Shown here: positions 29,869 to 39,262 of the stretch, one piece after another
How positions within the stretch are numbered: the stretch's first letter is position 1
How the letters are laid out: each line of letters begins with the position of its first letter
IMG/VR virus record: IMGVR_UViG_3300050034_000403
Coordinates: 1-64,000 of that record
Origin: a virus
Direction: 5' to 3' (one strand)
DNA: 64,000 nucleotides
The notes under the pieces: model-generated
What the model saw: the letters and a program-made list of their open reading frames with translations, nothing else
The model's database searches: none
Told to the model about the DNA's origin: nothing
Made by a program: the position numbers and the translations under genes

Positions 29869-30420
29869 ATGCAACCTTTGCGCCAAAAAGTAATTCAACC
29901 CGAGAATCAATCTATTAAATTGATTCCGCTTACTAAAAACCAAGTTGCTATCGTTGACGCGCACTGGTTCGAGGCACTTAATCGATTCAATTGGTGCGCT
30001 TCCTGGGACAAACGAGCACAGACGTTTTACGCTTCCCGGTATGCCGTTGTGGACGGAAAAGAGACTAGTGTCCTGATGCACCGTGTTATTGCTGGAGATG
30101 ATTTTCCACATGTTGATCACCGAAACCGAAACGGTTTGGACAATCGGGAAGAAAATCTTCGTAAATGCAGTTGCTCTCAAAATGGCGCAAATTGTGGAAA
30201 GCGCAAGAACAACACCACGGGCTTTAAAGGCGTGTATGCAATCAAAGGAACTGCAAAGTTTGCGGCTTCCATAAAGTTTCACGGAAAAACAAAAAGTCTT
30301 GGGAGATTCCGAAGTAAAGAACTTGCCGCACGTGCCTACGATCGTGCAGCTATTCTTTTCTTCGGCGAATTTGCATCCCCAAATTTTCCGCATTCCGATT
30401 ACTCCATACCTATTACGTGA
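29869..30420 (+). CDS. HNH-AP2 homing endonuclease, antisense to late operon
   Basis: MHRVI...VDHRNRNGLDNR..NLR; TG.KGV...LGRF...E.AARAYDRAA...FGEFA. Confidence 0.9.
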   Translation: MQPLRQKVIQPENQSIKLIPLTKNQVAIVDAHWFEALNRFNWCASWDKRAQTFYASRYAVVDGKETSVLMHRVIAGDDFPHVDHRNRNGLDNREENLRKCSCSQNGANCGKRKNNTTGFKGVYAIKGTAKFAASIKFHGKTKSLGRFRSKELAARAYDRAAILFFGEFASPNFPHSDYSIPIT

Positions 30421-30487
30421 TACCAAAAGCGGCTCTGCAGATCGCTCCGCAAGAGCCGCTTTTGTGCCTTCGGGAGAGAAGACCTCG

Positions 30488-31495
30488 TTAAAACTGTCCG
30501 ACAAATGCGCTGAGTTGGACTGCTTCTCCGGATAAATTCTGGCCAGATACAACCTCTGTTCCAACTGAAGATGCTGCGCTAACAGTCACAGCGGTAGCTC
30601 CCGCAATGGCGACTGCGCCTGTCGTGACAAGTGCTCTGCCATTGAGTGTGCCGCCACCAAGAGTAATTCCGCTTACTGCCAGAATGTTTCCGTTCACCGT
30701 CGAAGTCGCTACCGAAGTAAAAGCGCTTCCAGCCACAAAAACCACATTCGCGGCCTGTGCACCATTGACCAATGCAATTGTCTGTCCACTGGCAAGATTG
30801 ATCGTCGATCCTGCCACAAAAACAAACACAGCACTGGAGTTATTCTGCGCATCCAGAATGATGCCTGTAGGCATCGTCAAGCTGGTCGACCCAAAATAGT
30901 TGCCTGCCGTGTACGTCGCTGCCGTCGAACCATTGCCACCCGTGCTTAGGTTGGTAAGTCCGGACAGGGTCGGCGTCAATCCCTGGTAGTAGATGATTGC
31001 CGCTGTCAATGCAGTCTGGGCGGCAGACGCAGCAGCATTGTCAATCACTGCGGGAGAGGTCAGAGTGCCTGGAGGGAAACCACTAATACTCGTGGTCGGA
31101 TAGCTTCCAATGTTTCCACCCGTAATGACTGAACTTCCCACATTCGTGATGCCGGAATATGCCAGCAATGCATAGTTAGCGGCAGTGCCAAGACGTGTCG
31201 TGACAACAGAACCACCGGCGCTGGTGCTTGCAGCAAACCACCGCAAATACCATTGCTGACGGGCGCCAGTTCCCGTGGGGTCAGCATAAACCACGTAATT
31301 TTTGCTTAAACTTATTACGCCACCGATAAGCACATCGATGTAGTAGTTCGTCAGGGCCAGTGTCACCAGATCTCCCGTGCCGGCAACGTAGGACACGGGA
31401 CCAGTGCCACTTCCAACAAAGAGTCCCCGCCGTCCAGCAAAGTCTGGATAGAGTGGACCGGCACCGGTACCTTTTCCAATTGCTGTGAGAATCAC
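30488..31495 (-). CDS. Capsid-region protein carrying inserted DUF3494 ice-binding domain
   Basis: LGTAANYALLA.SGITN.G.S.ITG.IG..P...I.GFPPG; LDAQNNSSAVFVF; LVNGAQAANV.F..GS; GNILA...ITL...LNGRAL...GAV. Confidence 0.85.
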   Translation of the reverse strand: MILTAIGKGTGAGPLYPDFAGRRGLFVGSGTGPVSYVAGTGDLVTLALTNYYIDVLIGGVISLSKNYVVYADPTGTGARQQWYLRWFAASTSAGGSVVTTRLGTAANYALLAYSGITNVGSSVITGGNIGSYPTTSISGFPPGTLTSPAVIDNAAASAAQTALTAAIIYYQGLTPTLSGLTNLSTGGNGSTAATYTAGNYFGSTSLTMPTGIILDAQNNSSAVFVFVAGSTINLASGQTIALVNGAQAANVVFVAGSAFTSVATSTVNGNILAVSGITLGGGTLNGRALVTTGAVAIAGATAVTVSAASSVGTEVVSGQNLSGEAVQLSAFVGQF

Positions 31496-31516
31496 GATGA
31501 CTCCTTGCTTCGGTTA

Positions 31517-31876
31517 TTAAAACTGGCCGACGAATGCACCAAGCTGAACCGACTCGCCCGAAAGATTCGTTGTGCTTGTCACTTCAGCCCCAACTGTGCC
31601 AGCAGTGGCCAAAGCGACAAACCAGCGGAGATACCACTGCTGTCGCGCACCAGTTCCTGCGGGATTCGGGTAAACCACATACTTACCGCTCACGCTTGTC
31701 ACGCCACCGAGAAGAGCATCGATGTAGTAGTTCGGCAGGTTCAGCGTCACCAGATCCCCTGTGCCAAGGACATAGGACGCGGGGCCAGTACCACTCCCGA
31801 CAAAGGTCGCGCGTCGACCGATAAAGTCTGGATAAAGTGGACCGCCGCCGCCTTTTGTGATCGCTGTAAGAACCAT
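31517..31876 (-). CDS. Small capsid-associated/decoration-like protein, paralog of the flanks of 30488-31495
   Basis: Near-identical N-terminal ~88 aa and C-terminal G.EV....NLSGE.VQL.AFVGQF. Confidence 0.7.
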   Translation of the reverse strand: MVLTAITKGGGGPLYPDFIGRRATFVGSGTGPASYVLGTGDLVTLNLPNYYIDALLGGVTSVSGKYVVYPNPAGTGARQQWYLRWFVALATAGTVGAEVTSTTNLSGESVQLGAFVGQF

Positions 31877-31947
31877 GATTGCTCCTTGCTGCAATGACTC
31901 GATGACAATGTGCAGGGACGAGCATTGCTGCCCGTCCCCAACCGTAA

Positions 31948-32790
31948 TTAGTCCTGAACCACCGGCACGTATTGCAACTCGACCTTGAAGAGCTGGGATG
32001 CAATCGGCGTGTCGATAGCTACGCCAATCGTTGATCCAACGGGCGACCCAGTAGATGCCGTTGTGGCTACAGTTCCGCCGGTTGCTACGTTCACATAGCC
32101 TCCAGGGCTGTTTCCAGGTCCAATGGTCCCGTTACCCAGCACCGTCGCCGTGCCCAGTTCCTGAATGAATCCGTAGTTGCCAGGCGTAATCGAATTCAGG
32201 TACACGACTGGGCGAACTGGAATGGCTGTGCCAGCAGCAACCTGATCAAAGCTGGTCACCAAGTTCGGCGTGGTGCTCAGCTGCGCCACCACCGTGCCAA
32301 CCGTGCCGCCAGTGACAAGTGTGAAGGTCGGGGGTGTCGAGTAGCCGTAGCCACCCAGCAACACCGTCGCCGAGGTCACCGTGCCGCCCGAGCCGACTGC
32401 CACCTGAATCAAAGCACCGCTTCCACCGCCACTACCCACCGTGGCTGCGACGTTATAGGTGCCTGCCGTCTGACCAGAACCCGCACCTGTAATCACGACC
32501 GACTGCACAGTAGTGCCAGCGCGCAGGTAACCGACAGTGCCGGTCTTGACGTTGGCCGCAGTTGCACCCGAGTCAACCTGCACAAGGCGGTAGCGACCGG
32601 AGAACAGAGTGCCGTTGGTCGTGTATGACGCCTGAAACGCTTCCTGGTTGGTCGCGTCAAAGAAGTCACCAAGATTCAGGCCACCGGCAGCGAACGGTTG
32701 ACCGGTACGGACGTCCGTAAGCCCGGTCGGCGAAGTGAAGTTAGCGTTGTTCCATGCCAACCATGTAGGCAAAATAGGCTGAAAAGGCAT
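31948..32790 (-). CDS. Capsid cement/decoration protein
   Basis: Directly after MCP; GRYRLVQ and ITPGNYGFIQ motifs; G/T-rich. Confidence 0.55.
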   Translation of the reverse strand: MPFQPILPTWLAWNNANFTSPTGLTDVRTGQPFAAGGLNLGDFFDATNQEAFQASYTTNGTLFSGRYRLVQVDSGATAANVKTGTVGYLRAGTTVQSVVITGAGSGQTAGTYNVAATVGSGGGSGALIQVAVGSGGTVTSATVLLGGYGYSTPPTFTLVTGGTVGTVVAQLSTTPNLVTSFDQVAAGTAIPVRPVVYLNSITPGNYGFIQELGTATVLGNGTIGPGNSPGGYVNVATGGTVATTASTGSPVGSTIGVAIDTPIASQLFKVELQYVPVVQD

Positions 32791-32799
32791 TCCGTCCTC

Positions 32800-34032
32800 C
32801 TATGCCGTAAATCCAAACGCGTAATTGGAATGACGCGGCTGCACGTTGTACAGATTGATACCCAACCGCATGAACAAAGCGTCGATGCTGACGTTGTTCG
32901 GCATCGGGGCGCGACGAAGGCCAAAGTTCCAGCCCTTTTTGTTGGTCGGCCGAATCTTGAAGCTTTCCGGCTCCAAGAAGTACAAAACTTCCGAAGGCTG
33001 AATCGTGGTGAGCGAAGGCAGGCCGGAACCAGTCGGCGAGACAGTGACGGCCGCACCGTTCTTGGTGAACTGCGGAGTTGTGAACGCCACGGTCGTGGTG
33101 CTCGATCCAACGCCATCTGCCAAGTTCGTGTTGCCAGCCGCACCGTTTGCCGGAGCCAGCTCAATGAAGTTCTGAGCCTGCGCCGAAGGAGCCAGCGGGT
33201 CAGCGTAAATATCCACGCCGTTGAAGTTCAAACCATCCCACTTGATGTCGTGGCGAGTGTTCGAAATATCGCGGCGCTGCGCATCGAGCGCAACGGCAAT
33301 GGCCTTGAATCCGAAAACGTTGGTGATACCCAGCGTCGGATTGCCGCCCGTCACCTTGCACTGCGACCACAACTGCATCAAGGCAGCAAAATCAATCTGC
33401 CCCGTGCCACCTGTCGAGGTGCCCAGGTAAAGCGGCGTCGAGTTCAGCGCGGTTCCGATGTTTCCGTTGCGCGCCTGGCCACCGTAGTTCGCGTAGATGT
33501 TGCCATACACGGACGGATCGATGCCGTTATTCAGAGCTTCATCCAGACCATTGATGGTCTTGATGCGATTGTCCTGAATCGTCGCGGCAGAGGCTTGGCC
33601 GTGGCGGAACGAATCCATCTCCTGCATGGTGTTCATGGTCATCACCATGGCTTCCATGTAGAGCTGGTACTCGTCGACAATCTTCGACGGACCGGAGTTA
33701 ATCACACCACCGGTGCCGGAACCGTCATCCATCTCCCAGTCGTCCAGCGGATACCAAGTGGCATACGCCTTCGGCAGGAATTTGATGCCGGTGTTGATCT
33801 GCTGGCGAGTCACGGTAACAGTCTGGCCGGGATTCACCGCAGCGCCCTGAGTGCGCCCGTAGAGAATGCCTTCCATCATGCCCGCGCCGCCCAGGAATTC
33901 ATCCCACACACCGGCTCGGCGGAGCTTCGCCTGGAAAGGAGTGTCCACGAACAAGTTGTTGAATACTACATTCTTGCGGACACTTTCCAAGTTAGATGCG
34001 TCAATTTCGTTATACAATGGGTCCGTAGGCAT
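32800..34032 (-). CDS. Major capsid protein
   Basis: 410 aa between scaffold and cement genes; INGL..A, YGG..R, GLNFNGVDIYAD patterns of HK97-fold capsids. Confidence 0.7.
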   Translation of the reverse strand: MPTDPLYNEIDASNLESVRKNVVFNNLFVDTPFQAKLRRAGVWDEFLGGAGMMEGILYGRTQGAAVNPGQTVTVTRQQINTGIKFLPKAYATWYPLDDWEMDDGSGTGGVINSGPSKIVDEYQLYMEAMVMTMNTMQEMDSFRHGQASAATIQDNRIKTINGLDEALNNGIDPSVYGNIYANYGGQARNGNIGTALNSTPLYLGTSTGGTGQIDFAALMQLWSQCKVTGGNPTLGITNVFGFKAIAVALDAQRRDISNTRHDIKWDGLNFNGVDIYADPLAPSAQAQNFIELAPANGAAGNTNLADGVGSSTTTVAFTTPQFTKNGAAVTVSPTGSGLPSLTTIQPSEVLYFLEPESFKIRPTNKKGWNFGLRRAPMPNNVSIDALFMRLGINLYNVQPRHSNYAFGFTA

Positions 34033-34092
34033 ATCTGGTTTCCTTTCAGCGACTTACGCTGCATTCTCCGTTTCGAGAACTTTCGATTGCTC

Positions 34093-34164
34093 AAACAAAA
34101 ATGGCCCAAGCCATTTCTGGGCTTGAGCCATTGCTGATTCCCTCGAAAGGGGGGCATGCGTCTC
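34093..34164 (-). ncRNA. Conserved late-leader attenuator-like RNA, copy E (upstream of MCP)
   Basis: GAG-ACG-CAUGCC-[CCCU UUCG AGGG]-AAUCAGCAAUGGCUCAAGCCCA-GAAA-UGGCUUGGGCCAUUUUUGUUU. Confidence 0.75.
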
Positions 34165-34195
34165 GACTGATCTTCACGTCTTCAAACTGCAAAAA

Positions 34196-35221
34196 TTACG
34201 CTGCGGTAGACTCAGAAACTTCCTGCCGAATCGCCTGCGATGTTGCCTGCCGGCGCTGCGATTCATTCAAGTTCAACGGATCAGGACGCTCGTTGGCCTT
34301 CACAGCACGTGCCACATCAGCAAAGCGAGAAGGCTGCGCAATCCGCACATCCGGATTCGATCCAATCTTTTCGGCCCACTTGCGATCTGTTTCTTCAATC
34401 GCCTTCTGCCGCGCTTCTTCCGCTTCCTTCAGCTTTGCTTCAAAAGGTGCCGAAGCTTCCAGCCGAACCTTTGCGTCGTGCTCTTCCTGCGACTTGCGCT
34501 GAATCTCAGCCTGCTTGCCGGCAAAGTCGTACTTCCGTGCCACGTAATCGCGGAACGGCAACCGGGAGTTGCTGGCTTCTTCTGAGAGTTTGTCGAAGGA
34601 ATCGGGAAGGAACTGTCCACCGCTCAATCGCTGGTATTCCTGCATGGCCCAGCCGACATTGCTAATTCCGGCACCCAGGCGCTGATCGATGGCTTCCATC
34701 GTGAACGTTGGGCTACCAGGCGTTCCACCCTGCGCACCGGCCACATAGCGGCCTTGTGCATCGCGCTGCTGGTTTGCTGCCTGTGCTTCCTGCGGCTTGT
34801 AATTCGGCGCTTCTGTCGGAACAAATCCGGCGGAGCGTGCGGCTTCATTCTGCGCACGATAGAAAGCGGCTTGCGCTTCCAAATTCGCCTTTTCGGTTCC
34901 CCAATTGTTCAATGCCGGCGCAATCTCTTTGTCGTAAAATTCTGCGTTGGAACGCTGAGCAACTTCGGCCGCTTCTTTTGCTTCTGCCGCAGCCTTTCGT
35001 TCCTGTTCAGCTTTTTCGATAGCCTGCTGTGCTGCCTGGCGCTCTTGCTCTGCCTTTGCGGCAGATTCTTGGGCCTTGGTGGCAGATTCCTGAGCAGTCT
35101 TCCGTTCCTGTTCCGCAGTAGTCAGGACTCCGGTGAATGCAGTAATCGCCTTTGCATCGAGTGCAGCGATCTGCTCGTCGTTCAATCCGGATTGCTTCAA
35201 AATTTCGTTTACTGTCGGCAT
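34196..35221 (-). CDS. Capsid scaffolding protein
   Basis: A/E/Q/K coiled coils, RDAQGRY motif, upstream of MCP. Confidence 0.65.
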   Translation of the reverse strand: MPTVNEILKQSGLNDEQIAALDAKAITAFTGVLTTAEQERKTAQESATKAQESAAKAEQERQAAQQAIEKAEQERKAAAEAKEAAEVAQRSNAEFYDKEIAPALNNWGTEKANLEAQAAFYRAQNEAARSAGFVPTEAPNYKPQEAQAANQQRDAQGRYVAGAQGGTPGSPTFTMEAIDQRLGAGISNVGWAMQEYQRLSGGQFLPDSFDKLSEEASNSRLPFRDYVARKYDFAGKQAEIQRKSQEEHDAKVRLEASAPFEAKLKEAEEARQKAIEETDRKWAEKIGSNPDVRIAQPSRFADVARAVKANERPDPLNLNESQRRQATSQAIRQEVSESTAA

Positions 35222-35242
35222 GTCACTTGTTCTCCCGAAGCG

Positions 35243-35560
35243 TTAGTATTGCGGTTGCTGACCCATCGGTGTTGGCTGTGGCGGACTTACCAAAGCCGTT
35301 TGCATCTCTTGAATTCCCTGCGATACCTTTTCCGCACCAGAGGCAAGACGCGGATCGGAGGCAGCCATTTGCTTGGCTGTCTGATACCAACGTGCGAGCA
35401 ACATCTGCATTGGATTGGCAGGAGCTTGCGAAGGAGCACCTTGCTGCGGGGCATTTTGGTCAGGTGCGCCTTGCGGCTGAGCGCCAGCTCCTTGATCGGG
35501 AGGCGGTGTACCTGCACCTTGTCCTTGGTCCTGCGGCATTGGTTGTGCACTTGTAGCCAT
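35243..35560 (-). CDS. Small Gln/Pro-rich protein
   Basis: AAGGAG SD, low complexity, between portal and scaffold. Confidence 0.55.
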   Translation of the reverse strand: MATSAQPMPQDQGQGAGTPPPDQGAGAQPQGAPDQNAPQQGAPSQAPANPMQMLLARWYQTAKQMAASDPRLASGAEKVSQGIQEMQTALVSPPQPTPMGQQPQY

Positions 35561-35623
35561 TACTGGAATCTCCTTGAGCGAGATTCCCCAACGGCAGCAT
35601 AGCTACCGTTGGGGAAAAGGTAA

Positions 35624-35731
35624 CTACGCCTTGATGGCGCTGCGCTTGCCGCGGCCCTTGCGACCACGACTCTTGCGGCCCTTCTTCAGATGGCTTGCCT
35701 TCATTGCACTAGCCTTGCGACGTTTTGCCAT
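35624..35731 (-). CDS. 35-aa protamine-like K/R-rich peptide
   Basis: AAGGAGG SD; MAKRRKASAMKASHLKKGRKSRGRKGRGKRSAIKA. Confidence 0.65.
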   Translation of the reverse strand: MAKRRKASAMKASHLKKGRKSRGRKGRGKRSAIKA

Positions 35732-35752
35732 GATGTTTTCCTCCTTGGTGTG

Positions 35753-35830
35753 AAATAGAAATGGCCCAAGGCCATTTCTGGTCTTGAGCCATTGCTGATT
35801 CCCCAAGGAGGGGGGGCATGCCGCTCAAAA
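35753..35830 (-). ncRNA. Conserved late-leader attenuator-like RNA, copy F
   Basis: Full consensus; promoter TTGACG-17-TATAGC at 35871-35843. Confidence 0.8.
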
Positions 35831-35880
35831 GATTCTGTTAGAGCTATAAGCCGAATTCTTTTTCGCGTCAAGTGTTATTT

Positions 35881-36120
35881 TTACAAAATCGTTTCGTCTA
35901 CATCCAGAATCTTACGAATCTCTTCCGCTTGTGCATCAGAAATCTTAGTGCGCTGTTCGAGATTTACTCCCTGCACAGAACCCTGGTTATACTGAACAAC
36001 CATCTTTCCGGTTGTTCTTGTAGCTTGGAGTAACTCGTCGGTCTGCTGAATATCGGCAGGTAATTCGACGCTTACTTCGGTCAAATAGTAGTCTTTTTGA
36101 ACCTTGATTTGGACTGCCAT
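35881..36120 (-). CDS. Hypothetical protein
   Basis: AAGGAG SD, 79 aa after portal. Confidence 0.6.
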   Translation of the reverse strand: MAVQIKVQKDYYLTEVSVELPADIQQTDELLQATRTTGKMVVQYNQGSVQGVNLEQRTKISDAQAEEIRKILDVDETIL

Positions 36121-36129
36121 GTCTTCTCC

Positions 36130-38214
36130 TTAGCTTTCGCTTACTACCGTGCGCGGTTCTCCACCTTGCGCGCCTTTTTGCTTGATCTTGGGCGGCTTTC
36201 CTCCGCTCGATGGCCGACCGCCACCAGCGCCCTTGCCACCGCCGCCGCCCTTACCACCGCCCTTACCACCGCCACCTTCTTCTGGTGGCTGAATTCCGAG
36301 CTGCTTCATAAACTGCTGTGCCGCAGCAGCCGCAAGAATCTTCAGCTTTTGCGATTCCAGCTCTTCGTTGAACCATTTTTCATGTTCGGTATTTCCCTGC
36401 ACCTCGCCATAGTTGGGGATATCGAGGTTCTTCATCACCGTCGACCAAGAAATCGGCGCACCACCACGCTTCAGTTGCAGCATCATCAATTGACGTTGCA
36501 TCTGCGTCACCTTCAACAGCGTGCTCGGCACCGATACCAACCGAATCTGCTTGGCAAACCAACGCGCACGCGTCAGCTGGTTGTAATGCGATGGATCTTC
36601 GGGAAAATTACCGCTGATCATCTCGTCGGGCATGTGGCTCGGAACCAGATCGTCTGGATTAAAGTCAAAAACCTCTCGTGCAATGCTGTCTGGTCCCACA
36701 TACTCCATGATTCGTCCGACGTTGAACCATTGCAGGATCAGGAATTTCATGCGGTAACCAACCGCCTTATTGCCTTTTTCAATGCGTGCGGCAATGCCCT
36801 TTGCAATTGGGCCAATGGACTCCAGCATCTTGTCGGCCGTGTCATTGGCAATGTTCATCTTCATGTTCTGAAGATTGCCAAGATCCGTCAGGCCCAACTG
36901 CGACTGCTTGCACTCCTTCAAATACTTCAAAAACGTGAAATGCTCCGAGCTAACACGAACTTCTTCAGGAAGAATCGACTGAAGGATGTCTCTCGGCTTG
37001 CCGTCTACGCCGTAGCGCACGTCTTGCTCAAAGATGTCAAAATGCTCAATCTTTGCGCCGCCTGTGGCGGTGTGGTCATAACCGATCGGCGGATTCAACG
37101 TAATCGTGATTACGTCGTCTATCTTGCGCTCGATCTTGCGCGTCGTTGTTTCAATCGATGCCACATCACCTACTAAAGAACGTCCCAGAGGCTCCCAAGC
37201 CCAATCATCCACGGTGTACTGAATCACTGGAATCTTTCCATCCCAGTCAAAGCTTGGTCCGTCGTACATGGGCCGATCGAGTCCAGTGGAAGTAATGATG
37301 AGTCGCAGGTTCGGATACACGCGGCAATCTTCTACCGTCGCCGGTCGCATGTACGCCAAGCCGTTGCGCATGCCGCCAAAAATCATTTGGCCAACATAGG
37401 GAACTTTGTAGAACCAACTGGTGCCAACATCTCCCATTGGCAATTCATAACCGGTATTGTTGATTCGGAGGTCGCGAATAAACGTGTAGCGAATTTCGCA
37501 ATAAAGATTGCCAAAACTCCGGTTTGGGCCACCATAGCGGAAGCGCTCGGCGTAATCCATCCGTCGCGCTTGAACCTGCGTTTTGTAACTACGCGGTCCA
37601 ACTGTCTGCAATTGTCCCTGGAAAAGCGGGAAACGACCGTGAGCTTCTGCGATCGGCATGTAGTCGTAGACCGTGACGGCGTAAGCATCCTGCACGTCGT
37701 TGCTTCGAGGAATCTGAACAGGAACTACATCCAGCAGGCCCAACGCATCGAACACCATCTTGCGTTCGCCATAGCCATATTCGTCCGCGCGCACCTTTGG
37801 CCACAGATAACCGATACCGGTAACGCTGGCATACTGCAAAACTTTCAAAATCTGGAAAGGAAAATCGGATTCCAGGTAGACGCACTTTGATACCTTGGTC
37901 AGCATCTCTGCCATTTGCTTATATGCAGGGATATCCGACCCATATCCGGCAATTTCGCGCACTTCGGAAAGAGTTTCGCAGAACTTGCGGATGTCGTATT
38001 TCAGTTCATTGGTGACAAGAATTGACCGCGACTTATCTCTGAAGATGGCATCGAAAATGCGCATATTCGTGCCCAGGTTCTTGTAGCATGTCTGCCCTTC
38101 AAGAAACCCTTCACCTTCTTCGATTTGTTCCTCGACCCATCCAGCACGCGAACTCGGCGAGGATTCAAACTTTGGGCATTGCCAGCAGGTAGTTTCTAGC
38201 TCCATTGCGGTCAA
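36130..38214 (-). CDS. Portal protein
   Basis: 694 aa downstream of terminase, G.GYL, W...LG.SL, NPPI patterns, G/K-rich tail; synteny. Confidence 0.7.
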   Translation of the reverse strand: MTAMELETTCWQCPKFESSPSSRAGWVEEQIEEGEGFLEGQTCYKNLGTNMRIFDAIFRDKSRSILVTNELKYDIRKFCETLSEVREIAGYGSDIPAYKQMAEMLTKVSKCVYLESDFPFQILKVLQYASVTGIGYLWPKVRADEYGYGERKMVFDALGLLDVVPVQIPRSNDVQDAYAVTVYDYMPIAEAHGRFPLFQGQLQTVGPRSYKTQVQARRMDYAERFRYGGPNRSFGNLYCEIRYTFIRDLRINNTGYELPMGDVGTSWFYKVPYVGQMIFGGMRNGLAYMRPATVEDCRVYPNLRLIITSTGLDRPMYDGPSFDWDGKIPVIQYTVDDWAWEPLGRSLVGDVASIETTTRKIERKIDDVITITLNPPIGYDHTATGGAKIEHFDIFEQDVRYGVDGKPRDILQSILPEEVRVSSEHFTFLKYLKECKQSQLGLTDLGNLQNMKMNIANDTADKMLESIGPIAKGIAARIEKGNKAVGYRMKFLILQWFNVGRIMEYVGPDSIAREVFDFNPDDLVPSHMPDEMISGNFPEDPSHYNQLTRARWFAKQIRLVSVPSTLLKVTQMQRQLMMLQLKRGGAPISWSTVMKNLDIPNYGEVQGNTEHEKWFNEELESQKLKILAAAAAQQFMKQLGIQPPEEGGGGKGGGKGGGGGKGAGGGRPSSGGKPPKIKQKGAQGGEPRTVVSES

Positions 38215-38783
38215 CCCTCGATTTCATTCAGTACGGCAAAATTTCCAAACAATTTCACCGCTGCCAGGTTGTACAACACAGCAGCTTCCTCGGGACTGCT
38301 ACAGATTCCGAGATGATTGTTCTTCCCGTTGTGCTCAATCTGTGCTGCGAATTTCTTTCCTTTTTTTACTACGCCCCTATATCCCGTACTGCTTTTGTAC
38401 TTGCGATTAGCTGCGTTTTGACTTGACGTTGCTACGCGCATTTCGGAACAGCGACAATCCAGTCCGTTCCCGTGGATGTGATCAACCTGAACGCCTTTGC
38501 TGACCCCCATAATTACGCGGTGCAACGAAACGTGTTTTCCATACTCCTCGCGCAATTCTTCCGTCGAAAGTGCTTCTGCATAAAACTTTTTCTTGCTTGG
38601 ATGTAAATGCCAAAGAAATTGTGCCGCCAATTCCTTTTTGTCTGCATCGATAAGCGCTTCATGCCCATCGCCAAAAGGAATATGAACGACACCGTCGTCG
38701 TCAGTTATCCATGTCGCAGCAAACTCGGCCCGCTTTTTGCGGAAGTATTCTTTGCGTCCGCGAATTGTTTCCGGTTGAATCAA
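38211..38783 (-). CDS. HNH-AP2 homing endonuclease
   Basis: LHRVIM...VDHI.GNGLD.R; TGYRGV...HLG....EEAA..YN.AA..LFG.FA.LN; own promoter TAGACG-17-TACTAT. Confidence 0.85.
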   Translation of the reverse strand: MIQPETIRGRKEYFRKKRAEFAATWITDDDGVVHIPFGDGHEALIDADKKELAAQFLWHLHPSKKKFYAEALSTEELREEYGKHVSLHRVIMGVSKGVQVDHIHGNGLDCRCSEMRVATSSQNAANRKYKSSTGYRGVVKKGKKFAAQIEHNGKNNHLGICSSPEEAAVLYNLAAVKLFGNFAVLNEIEG

Positions 38784-38872
38784 GCCTTCACCTGATAACT
38801 TCTATTGCGCATAGTAGGCAAAATTTGCCTACACGTCTACGCTAATTTCACATAGCGTAAGTTATGCGTAAC

Positions 38873-39262
38873 CTATCGTCCTTTCTCATACGCTTCTGCA
38901 TGCAGATAGCTTTCGCGCCGCATTTTTGTCTTGTCCGGTCGATTGCCATACGATTCCAAATGTTGGCGCAAGAAGTCACGGTTCAGGTTATTCCGTGCGT
39001 TTGCCATCTGGTGGCGCATGTAGCTGCGCAAGTTGGCGCGGATGGGTCCTTCAATCATTTCTCGCTGCTCGTCTTCCATCTGGTACTTGTAGGCTTCCCA
39101 CTTACGCATCCGTTCCGACCACACTTCGGCTTCATGCATGGTGTTGCAGACAATCTTTTCGAAACCCGCTGGTGCCGGGAACTGTTCAGGAAGGCCCATA
39201 CGGATTTCGCCGCGAGTTCCATCGTGCCAAAACACGATTTTGGTTGCTAACTGTGCGTTCAA
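38873..39262 (-). CDS. Hypothetical protein
   Basis: TTG start with GGAGG SD overlapping terminase stop. Confidence 0.55.
   Translation of the reverse strand: MNAQLATKIVFWHDGTRGEIRMGLPEQFPAPAGFEKIVCNTMHEAEVWSERMRKWEAYKYQMEDEQREMIEGPIRANLRSYMRHQMANARNNLNRDFLRQHLESYGNRPDKTKMRRESYLHAEAYEKGR

Noticed and set aside
32698-34137. 479-aa plus-strand ORF and other long antisense ORFs (e.g. 28453-29358, 36097-37176, 29776-30564)
   Set aside because: Shadows of well-supported genes on the opposite strand; no motifs
35753-35830. Leader RNA as a canonical ANTAR site or leader peptide (MAQDQKWPWAI)
   Set aside because: AGC-AAUG-GCU has a 4-nt loop, not the ANTAR hexaloop tandem; the peptide frame is broken in copy E and differs downstream in each copy
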